The notes: generated by a model not told the origin, from the sequence alone. 64,000 nucleotides of DNA from Candidatus Altiarchaeota archaeon (GCA_043800705.1 JAZDMS010000010.1:32001-96000); one strand, 5' to 3'. Shown: positions 39,127 through 46,415, counted from the stretch's first letter. Translations and numbers: made by a program.

Positions 39127-40331
39127 ATACTATGTAGGGTTCTTGCCTTTTGCCGTGTAATGCGGCTAAAGGAGGAGTATTAAGGAGTATTATGGAGAAC
39201 CCTACGGTTTATCTTGGATGTGATGCGCATAAAAAAGAGTGCGTTTTCTGCGGTTTGAATGAGGAAGGCAACCGTGTTTGGGAGGGTAAAACGCCCACAT
39301 GTTTGGCGGGATTCGAGTTTGTCAAAGGCAAACTCGAAGGCTATATTGTCAAAGTCGTGGTTGAGGCGGGAGGTTTCGTGTGGAAGATTACGGACTTATT
39401 CTCGGAGGTCGGTTTCCAGGTGTACGTGTGCAACCCCTCAAAGAATCCCCAGATCGGTTTGAGCAGGAAGAAAACCGATAAAGAAGATGCATTTAAGTTA
39501 GCTGATCTGCTTCGGGCGGGGTATTTGAAATGCATCTATATCCCCACGAAAGAGCAGAGGGAGTTGCGGTCTGTAAGCAGGGACAGGCATAGTCTTGGTC
39601 GATTGCGGGGTAGGCTGTTGACTCAGGCACGCACTGCATCGTATGAGCATCAGATAGAACGTCGCAAAAGGATCATTGAATGCGTAGATGATGAAATCAA
39701 GAGTCTGAAAAAAGAAATAACAGCGAATGCCGGGAAAAATCCGAGCATTCGGCTTTTAGACTCAACTCCTGGAATAGCGGAGTACGGGGCTAACCTAATC
39801 GTTGGGGAAATATGCACTATAGACCGGTTCCCCACCTGCAAACAGTACATCGCCTACTGTGGGCTGGTGCCGTCGGTACGTCAGTCGGGGAATACCTTGC
39901 ATCTGGGTGCGATAAGGAAGGATTCCAATCACCGGTTGAAGTGGGTGTATACCCAGTCTGCTTGGATAGCGGTAAGGTGGAATCAGGAACTCAGAAGATT
40001 ATACGATCGGAAAGCTCGGGAGAGGGGGAAGAAGAAGGCGATTATTGTTGTGGCGAAGAAACTCGCCACAAGGAACTATTGGATGCTCAAAGAAAACAAA
40101 ACATACCAGGAACTGGTAGCCGCTTTTATCCGAATAGGCTAATCAAGCCTTACAGATTGTTTGCGGATCAGATCCCTGGACGGATCAGTACAGTAGGCTA
40201 ACCAAGCCTGAATGGTTGAATGTCGGAAGACGACTCACAAAGTACTGACCACGAAAAAAGAAACAAGTAAAATTCTGGAAGGTCTTATTATAGCGGCAGC
40301 CCTATACACATACCAGGCAAGAACCCACATG
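39127..40331 (+). mobile_element. IS110/IS1111-family insertion sequence 1, abutting attC-like site B
   Basis: Subterminal IR GGGTTCTTGCCT (39137-48) and AGGCAAGAACCC (40315-26); about 170 bp 3' non-coding end; ends uncertain by a few bp (core TG or AT). Confidence 0.85.
39192..40142 (+). CDS. IS110-family transposase (bridge recombinase)
   Basis: DEDD RuvC-like residues LGCDAHK, VVEAG, KTDKEDA; YCGLVP..RQSG catalytic serine region. Confidence 0.93.
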   Translation: MENPTVYLGCDAHKKECVFCGLNEEGNRVWEGKTPTCLAGFEFVKGKLEGYIVKVVVEAGGFVWKITDLFSEVGFQVYVCNPSKNPQIGLSRKKTDKEDAFKLADLLRAGYLKCIYIPTKEQRELRSVSRDRHSLGRLRGRLLTQARTASYEHQIERRKRIIECVDDEIKSLKKEITANAGKNPSIRLLDSTPGIAEYGANLIVGEICTIDRFPTCKQYIAYCGLVPSVRQSGNTLHLGAIRKDSNHRLKWVYTQSAWIAVRWNQELRRLYDRKARERGKKKAIIVVAKKLATRNYWMLKENKTYQELVAAFIRIG

Positions 40332-40334
40332 GTT

Positions 40335-40456
40335 TCGGATAACATGGCAGGTAACCGAAGTTCGCCGAAGAAACGTCGCCAGACTGACAATTGGGCGAAT
40401 TTGGGGAACCACGGACCCGCAGGCAGAGAATTCCCGCTTAGCCGTACGTTATACGA
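40335..40456. repeat. attC-like site B
   Basis: TCGGATAAC..GGTAACCGAAGT ... ATTTGGGG ... CGCTTAGCCGTAC-GTTATACGA. Confidence 0.82.
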
Positions 40457-40517
40457 GGCGAACCGCAGTGAGCCCGAGCCCCTGAAAGGGGCGAGCGTGC
40501 CTGCCAAGTTTTTTTTG

Positions 40518-40988
40518 TTATTGTTTTAGTTTGATATACCCTTCAATTAGTCTTAGGACTTTTACTTCTCCTTCCCTGTTTAGTGGTTTTTGGACGTATT
40601 CATTTGCGCCAATTCTAGGTCTCTCTTCATCTGACGGTAGTCTACCTGACAACATTATTACTACCTGGTCACCGTTGGATGTTTTCTTTATATCTGGAAT
40701 AACAGTATCCCCAGACATTCCTGGCATTTCTCTATCACACACTACAACATCATACTTCTTTGGGGAGTACTTTTCAAGACCATCCATACCGTTAGCGGCT
40801 AAATCAACATCCCAACCTTGTCGCACCATAATCATTTGGAGTCGATCACGCAATATCTCATCATCATCTATTAAAAGAATCTTTGGTTTACTCACTCTGG
40901 CACTTAAATGTGGTTGGAGTTGACGCACCTCTCCTAAGCTTATCTTATCTGCTAAAGGATTTCTGGTTGAAATATGCTGCGTGACCAT
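40518..40988 (-). CDS. Cassette gene: stand-alone response regulator receiver (CheY-like)
   Basis: ILLIDDD, AANG, VVCDREMPGMSG, MLSG, QKP. Confidence 0.88.
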   Translation of the reverse strand: MVTQHISTRNPLADKISLGEVRQLQPHLSARVSKPKILLIDDDEILRDRLQMIMVRQGWDVDLAANGMDGLEKYSPKKYDVVVCDREMPGMSGDTVIPDIKKTSNGDQVVIMLSGRLPSDEERPRIGANEYVQKPLNREGEVKVLRLIEGYIKLKQ

Positions 40989-41214
40989 GTTATTAGATAT
41001 AATAATGAAAACTATTTAACTTGGCAGGCATGTCGTATAACATCGCGGGTAAGCGAAGTTCCCGCGATGGACTGCCTCTGACCCACTTTTGGCGGGAATT
41101 TGGGGCGCCGCGTACCCGGCAAGGGATCACGAACGCCCGCTTAGCCGCATTCCTTAGAACTTTTTCTTTTGGCTGTGTGTTTACATTTTATTAGTCCTCT
41201 ATCTTATTAATCTT

Positions 41215-41364
41215 TTGAGGGCATGGGGCTGTTCCACAATCGTTCCTCGGCGCTCACTGGGCGCAATTTGGTAAGTGGTAAACGGAGCCCCCAATCACGT
41301 TACAGAAGCTTCAGCCTCGGGTGAGGTTGGCTTAGCGGCTAAACGGGGGTGCCCGTGCCCTCAA
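41215..41364 (-). ncRNA. Predicted bridge/seek RNA of IS element 2
   Basis: Closing stem TTGAGGGCA/TGCCCTCAA; two internal loops whose strands match the target (CGTTTAGCCGC, TAACGTG) and the donor junction (TACCA, AGGAACG). Confidence 0.78.
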
Positions 41365-41386
41365 CTGAAGTAAAGAACTTAATCTT

Positions 41387-42376
41387 TTATGCCACCTCCC
41401 TGTATGGTTCCTGGTTGGTGAGCATGTGCCAGATGATGGTCGCCATTTTCCGGGCGGTGCTTCTTCTGGCGGTTTGCATGCCTTTTCTTTTTTGGATTTT
41501 GTAGTAGTGTTTCATGAATCTTGTGTCGATTGTTGCAGCTTTCCCGGAGGATTCGTAGAGTATCCATTTGAGCCATTTGTTGACTGCGTGTTTTTCTACG
41601 GTGTGTTCTTTGCTGCCGGATTGGTAGATTCCGGGGCATAGTCCGCAGTAGCTGATGAGGTGTTGGGGTGTTTTGAATCGTTTTATGTCTCCGATTTCCG
41701 CCAGGATGAACAGGGCTGAGTATTCAGCTACTCCGGGCAGGCTCATCAGCAAACTTGTTTGATGGTTGCTGCGGCTTATTTTTTCTATCCGGTTTTTGGC
41801 TTCTTGTTCTTCGGCGTGTACGGTGTCGTAGACGTTCAGGAGGTTGGTGGTGTTCTGGTCCTGGTTTTGTTTTTTGAAGGCTGTTAGCATCTTTTTTGTC
41901 CAGAGGTTTTTGGGGCAGGTTTGACCTTCCCGAATGAGATTCGTCTTTATTTTGGTTTTTACCTGTGTTTGTATCCTGGTTATGCTGCTTTTGTGTCTGC
42001 ATAGGTCTCGTAGTTTCTGTGTTTCTTCGCCGGGTATGTAGACTTCGGGCAGGTAGTTGGTTCGCAGCAGGTCTGCGAGTATTTTGGCGTCGCCCCAGTC
42101 TGTTTTTTTGTTTGCGGCAAGTTGGTGTGTTTTTAGGGGATTAGCTAGTTTGACTGTGTATCCGAGTGTTGTTAGGTTTCTGTATGCTGGTCGCCACATT
42201 CCGCAGGCTTCTACGGCTACTGTCAGATGGGTGTTAGGTATCCCTGTCACGAACCGTTCAACAGCGTCTTTTCTGGCGGGGAATTCATTCTCCCGAACGA
42301 CTTTTCCCCTGGCATCCATGATGCACCCGGTGTACTTTTCCTTGTGTATGTCCAACCCGCAAAACAACTGATCCAT
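41387..42376 (-). CDS. IS110-family transposase (bridge recombinase)
   Basis: CGLDIHK, AVEACG, KTDWGDA, YCGLCP..YQSG; SD GGAGGTGA before ATG 42376. Confidence 0.93.
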   Translation of the reverse strand: MDQLFCGLDIHKEKYTGCIMDARGKVVRENEFPARKDAVERFVTGIPNTHLTVAVEACGMWRPAYRNLTTLGYTVKLANPLKTHQLAANKKTDWGDAKILADLLRTNYLPEVYIPGEETQKLRDLCRHKSSITRIQTQVKTKIKTNLIREGQTCPKNLWTKKMLTAFKKQNQDQNTTNLLNVYDTVHAEEQEAKNRIEKISRSNHQTSLLMSLPGVAEYSALFILAEIGDIKRFKTPQHLISYCGLCPGIYQSGSKEHTVEKHAVNKWLKWILYESSGKAATIDTRFMKHYYKIQKRKGMQTARRSTARKMATIIWHMLTNQEPYREVA

Positions 42377-42506
42377 ATTTTTCACCTCCCCGGGGCTTAT
42401 AGACGGTAATAAGCCCCATAATAAACTATTTGCCTAAAGAAAAAGTTCTACTACCATCACGTTATGCGCCCCTGGGCGACAAGCCCAGGGTTCGAAGCCC
42501 AAAATA

Positions 42507-43121
42507 TTATTCTGTAAAAGAATGATTCAAGATATAGTCAGCTGGCAATACTTTCGACTCATCTTCATTATACCAGAAGCACTGTTTTTGTTTGCTATAG
42601 AAAGAGCTATTCATGTTGCAGCATATATTACAGCAAACATAGGAGTGATCAGGGATTTTAGTGACATAAAACTTTTTGAAGGTGTCATATCCGTCTTTTT
42701 CAAATTCACCAAAGAAACCCGTTACGTTAAACGGTTTAGCTCCGAAATACACTAATTTGCTGGTTTCCCTAGTCAGGCAGTTATCTGTTTTCATGTCCCA
42801 GAGGATGACGTCGTTATCCGCAAATGTGCAACTTTTGAATTTCGACTTTCTTGCTACTGCTGTTATATTCTCAATTCCAGCAGAAATTGTTTCAGTCCTA
42901 TTCGATATCCTTATAGGATACTCTTCAGAGGGTTCACAATTGAAGATATACCATCCATGGTAGTCGATAACTTTAGGGATCAAAGATAAATTCACTTGAA
43001 TAGTACTTGTAGAAATTGAGGATAATCTATGTGTCGTTGAAGTAATTCCTTGATTTGTGTCCGAACCAATACACCCACAAAAGAGTAATACCAGGGTTAA
43101 TGAAGGCAATATTTGATTCAC
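42507..43121 (-). CDS. Cassette gene: predicted lipoprotein/secreted Cys-containing protein
   Basis: Hydrophobic N-terminus ending LLFCGC, followed by a Ser/Thr-rich linker. Confidence 0.7.
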   Translation of the reverse strand: MNQILPSLTLVLLFCGCIGSDTNQGITSTTHRLSSISTSTIQVNLSLIPKVIDYHGWYIFNCEPSEEYPIRISNRTETISAGIENITAVARKSKFKSCTFADNDVILWDMKTDNCLTRETSKLVYFGAKPFNVTGFFGEFEKDGYDTFKKFYVTKIPDHSYVCCNICCNMNSSFYSKQKQCFWYNEDESKVLPADYILNHSFTE

Positions 43122-43201
43122 ATTTATCTATACATCCTCTAGCAATAAAATCGTTTGGGTCGTTTGGGCTTCGAAAGTCAGTTCGCCGCAGCGAGCCGAT
43201 T

Positions 43202-43328
43202 GCGCATAACATTGGGGCTAAACGAAGTCCGCCGAGGAAACGCCGCCAGAGTGACTTTTGGGCGGATTTGGGCAACCACGTACCCCGACAAGGGGCAGAG
43301 AATTGCCGTTTAGCCCTGCGTTATCCGA
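43202..43328. repeat. attC-like site D
   Basis: GCGCATAAC-ATTGGGGCTAAACGAAGT ... CGTTTAGCCCTGC-GTTATCCGA. Confidence 0.85.
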
Positions 43329-43401
43329 CCGAGCCCGGCAAGGGCGAGGCAAGCCCCTCCAAAAGGAGGGGCGTAGAGTCGCGGAGGGGCAATAGTTCTT
43401 A

Positions 43402-44289
43402 TTATTCCCTTAGCCGTAATCTTTTTTGATTTGTCTCGATTAATCTCAATCTTCTTTTTATTCGAGTCTGAGGTATTTGATTTCTTAGGAATATCATACC
43501 CTCATCAGTCAGTCTCCCAGCTTCTCTCTCACTAGGTTCTTGTAGATATCCCCGTCGTAAATATTCCTCTTCTGTCTCAATAATTTCTTTTTTAGTTTTT
43601 AGGGGTGGTTTTTGGACTGATAATACTATCACTCCATCAATACCGTATCCATCCATAAAATCAATGAGAGCAAGCTCATACGTACTATATAAACGTAATC
43701 CCCGAAAGGTCGATGCTGTATCTGTTAATGACTCCATATAAGGATTTTCTCTCCATCTTTGACAAAAGTAATTTTTACTTAATTTAAATAATCTCCAATA
43801 ATCTTTAATTCTTTTTTCATCTCTATCCAAAATTCTACTTTTTAGATGTTCATTTATAACAACACTATAATAGATCGGACTGATTACGGCAAGGGCAGAA
43901 TGAATTAATTCGTGTTCTAAGCTGTTTGTTTCATGTACTAGCTTTTCTGGCCCTTTGGAGTAAGGATAATCCGCCACACTGATAAGGTTATGGGTGAGAG
44001 AATAGCGTCCACCAACACTTTTCTTGTGTTTTATTGAAATCTGTAATGGTAATAACTCTTCAATAGGCACTTCCCAGATTTGTGATATTCGTTGAAATAA
44101 ACTTCTAACTATTGGAGTCATGTTTTCCAATCTAAACTTTCCACCCTCCTCCGGAACAATCAATAAACCATATGTCCTATCAGTCAATGAACGAGTATCA
44201 TACCCTTCCCAAATCTTTGGAAAAGAATCATTAAATCTTTGGTGAAATTCTTCAACCCGTTGGTCCTTATTTTTTTTCTTAATGTGCAT
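43402..44289 (-). CDS. Cassette gene: hypothetical protein with HExxH (HELIH) zincin-like motif
   Basis: GGRYS..NLISV..LEHELIH; ATG 44289 lies about 30 nt after a TATATA box. Confidence 0.7.
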   Translation of the reverse strand: MHIKKKNKDQRVEEFHQRFNDSFPKIWEGYDTRSLTDRTYGLLIVPEEGGKFRLENMTPIVRSLFQRISQIWEVPIEELLPLQISIKHKKSVGGRYSLTHNLISVADYPYSKGPEKLVHETNSLEHELIHSALAVISPIYYSVVINEHLKSRILDRDEKRIKDYWRLFKLSKNYFCQRWRENPYMESLTDTASTFRGLRLYSTYELALIDFMDGYGIDGVIVLSVQKPPLKTKKEIIETEEEYLRRGYLQEPSEREAGRLTDEGMIFLRNQIPQTRIKRRLRLIETNQKRLRLRE

Positions 44290-44340
44290 ACACACCAATA
44301 AGATATCTGAACAATGACTATATATTGCCCCTCCGTGATT

Positions 44341-44412
44341 TCGGATAACACCGATTACCCGCAATTGTTGCGGGTAATCGCTCTTTTGGGCTGGTTACCC
44401 GCAGTTATGGGC
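44341..44412. other. Atypical terminal recombination site E (short attC-like or attI-like)
   Basis: TCGGATAAC, perfect hairpin CGATTACCCGCAA-TTG-TTGCGGGTAATCG, third TTACCCGCA copy, GTTATGGGC. Confidence 0.55.
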
Positions 44413-44494
44413 ATTATTTTTCCGATGCTCTGTGGGCCGTGGTTTTGGTCTTTATCGTTGGGGTTTTATATTCGCCGGCCGCCTTTTTCTTTGT

Positions 44495-44677
44495 ATGGAA
44501 TGCAGGAGGGCCTTGAATTTGAAGGCCTGCAATTGCACGTATCCGTGTGAGCGGAGGGGTTTGTGTTGCGAGTGCGTGGCATATCATCGGAAGCGGAATG
44601 AGCTGCCGGCCTGCTATTTTGATAAAGATGCTGAGAAGTCGTATGATCGGAGCATTGAGCGATTTATGCAAGGCTAA
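44495..44677 (+). CDS. Small Cys-rich protein (DUF6485-like)
   Basis: [31 protein letters not shown]. Confidence 0.75.
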   Translation: MECRRALNLKACNCTYPCERRGLCCECVAYHRKRNELPACYFDKDAEKSYDRSIERFMQG

Positions 44678-44710
44678 GGCCGAAAATTGAGGACTAAAGA
44701 TGTAATCGGG

Positions 44711-45367
44711 TCAGTCTTCGTCTGTGCAGCAGCATTTTCTGCTGTGTTCGCTGCAGGGGCCTTTGGTGAGCGGCATCTGTATGTCTGGGGAGGTGCAGTT
44801 GTAGTTGGTGCAGTAGAATATGCCGTATCCTTCGTCGTCGCAGGCAAAGTCGCATTCGTTCAGGTATTTGGTTATGCAGCGGCCGTATTCGCACCTTTCA
44901 TAGATGTCGCAGGCTAATACGGCTGTGTTCTTCGGCTTGCCGAGGCAGTAGCTGTCCGGGTGGCCGCGGTTCACGCACGTATACGTCGTCGAGTAGTTCC
45001 ATATCGTGTTCCCCTTGCATTTGAGTTCCGATACGACTAATCCGCCGCAGTCCGCTTCGGAATTGCAGCGTTTGCCTTTGAGGGTCGTGGTCGTAGTGGA
45101 TGACGTGGTCTCTGATGACGATGTAGTGGTCGTGGATTCTGTCGATGTCGTCGTCGAGGTGGTAGTGGTGGACGACGTGGTGGTCGTGATGGTGGATGAT
45201 GTGGTCGTGGTCGTCGACGAAGTCGGCAGGACAATGTACCATACGCTGTTGAGGACGGCTTCGGCTGAATTCACGAATAGGGCCGAGGGGATTAAAAGCA
45301 GCAGAACGAGCATTATGCCCATTATTGCGACGAGGGCCGTCATGACGGCCTCTTCCTTGGCGACCAT
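44711..45367 (-). CDS. Membrane-anchored Thr-rich, Cys-rich surface protein
   Basis: N-terminal TM, poly-Thr/Ser stalk, Cys-rich C-terminus. Confidence 0.7.
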   Translation of the reverse strand: MVAKEEAVMTALVAIMGIMLVLLLLIPSALFVNSAEAVLNSVWYIVLPTSSTTTTTSSTITTTTSSTTTTSTTTSTESTTTTSSSETTSSTTTTTLKGKRCNSEADCGGLVVSELKCKGNTIWNYSTTYTCVNRGHPDSYCLGKPKNTAVLACDIYERCEYGRCITKYLNECDFACDDEGYGIFYCTNYNCTSPDIQMPLTKGPCSEHSRKCCCTDED

Positions 45368-45463
45368 GGTACTTTATCCCGTCCGGAATATATTAATCGC
45401 TCTGTGTATGGGCGGTTTTTATACTCTGGCTCGGATTTCTATCCATCAGAGGTGATTTGTAAT

Positions 45464-45892
45464 ATGGTTAAAGCATCTATCGGTAAGAGGGTCGTGGCGT
45501 ATATTATCGACAGCGTCCTCGTAGGCGTCATCGTGGGCGTTATCATCGGCGGGGCGATGGTGTTGTCCATCGTGCTGGCTTCGATGAGCGACTCGTTGGG
45601 GGCGATGTCGATGATCCTGTCGTTCGGGGCGATGGGCATATCCATGATTCTGGCGTTCGGCTACTTTCTAGTCCGGGACGGGATGGGCTCGGGCAGGAGC
45701 GTCGGAAAGAAGCTGATGGGCTTGAAGGTCATGAAGGGCGGCAGCCCGTGTTCGTACGTCGATTCGGTCAAGAGGAACATAACATTCATCGTTCCCATAC
45801 TGGGCATGATCGAGCTGATTATGCCGTTCGTCGACGCGGAAGGCCTCAGGTTCGGGGACAAGATTGCGAACACGAAGGTAGTGGACGCATAG
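45464..45892 (+). CDS. RDD family membrane protein
   Basis: KRVVAYIID, GRSVGKKLMGLKV, RFGDKIANTKVV. Confidence 0.88.
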   Translation: MVKASIGKRVVAYIIDSVLVGVIVGVIIGGAMVLSIVLASMSDSLGAMSMILSFGAMGISMILAFGYFLVRDGMGSGRSVGKKLMGLKVMKGGSPCSYVDSVKRNITFIVPILGMIELIMPFVDAEGLRFGDKIANTKVVDA

Positions 45893-45935
45893 GCGTCCAC
45901 TCCCCCTATTTCTTTTATTACTCTCATACTCTATT

Positions 45936-46415
45936 ATGGTTTCCGCATCCGATGAGAGGTTCATGCGTAAGGCGATAGAGGTCGCGAAGAAGGGGATAGA
46001 GGCCGGCCAGACCCCGTTCGGCTCATGTATAGTCAAGGGGGGCCGGGTCGTTGCGGCGTGCCACAACACCGTTTGGGGCACATGCGACCCCACAGCCCAC
46101 TCCGAGGTCAACACAGTCAGGGAGGCGTGCAGGAAGCTCAAGAATATCGGCCTGTCCGGGTGTACCATATATTCGACGACGGAGCCGTGTCCGATGTGCT
46201 TCAGCGCATGCCATTGGGCGAAGGTCGGCAGGATCGTCTACGGGGACGGCATACTCGATGCGCAATCGGCGGGGTTCAACGAGCTCACCATCTCCAACAG
46301 GAAGATGAAGTGGGGCGGGGACAGCCCCGTCGAGATAGAGGGCGGCGTATTGAGGAAGGAGTGCAAGGAGCTGTTCGAGGAATGGGCTAAGAAGAGGAAG
46401 TGTAGGACCTACTGA
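45936..46415 (+). CDS. Nucleoside/guanine deaminase (cytidine deaminase fold)
   Basis: PFGS, DPTAHSE, EPCPMC. Confidence 0.88.
   Translation: MVSASDERFMRKAIEVAKKGIEAGQTPFGSCIVKGGRVVAACHNTVWGTCDPTAHSEVNTVREACRKLKNIGLSGCTIYSTTEPCPMCFSACHWAKVGRIVYGDGILDAQSAGFNELTISNRKMKWGGDSPVEIEGGVLRKECKELFEEWAKKRKCRTY

Larger units (their letters stand above)
41150..42459 (-). mobile_element. IS110/IS1111-family insertion sequence 2 (1310 bp) inserted in attC-like site C
   Basis: Perfect 15-bp subterminal IR TAGAACTTTTTCTTT (41155-69) and AAAGAAAAAGTTCTA (42436-50); CA core at both junctions (41148-49, 42458-59). Confidence 0.92.
41033..42469. repeat. attC-like site C, split by IS element 2 (41033-41149 plus 42460-42469)
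   Basis: TCGTATAAC..GGTAAGCGAAGT ... CGCTTAGCCGCA [IS] CGTTATGCGC; rejoining restores the spacing seen in A, B and D. Confidence 0.85.
38526..44412 (-). mobile_element. Integron-like gene cassette array lacking an adjacent integrase (CALIN-like): 4 cassettes, 4 attC-like sites plus one atypical terminal site
   Basis: Related palindromic sites of about 125 bp bounded by ..ATAAC and GTTAT..; one AT-rich co-oriented ORF between each pair. Confidence 0.85.

Noticed and set aside
40154-40171. AGATTGTTTGCGGATCAG as the target guide of IS element 1
   Set aside because: Only a loose match (13/17) to the reconstructed target, and not split into two opposite-strand guides
40212-43429. Short ORFs spanning attC-like sites (40212-40529, 43055-43429, 43027-43275)
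   Set aside because: Their mutual similarity comes from translating the repeat itself
38526-44412. CRISPR array or ordinary terminators as explanation for the repeats
   Set aside because: Repeats are ~125 bp, diverged, and separated by whole genes; no cas genes; AAC/GTT core pairing fits cassette sites
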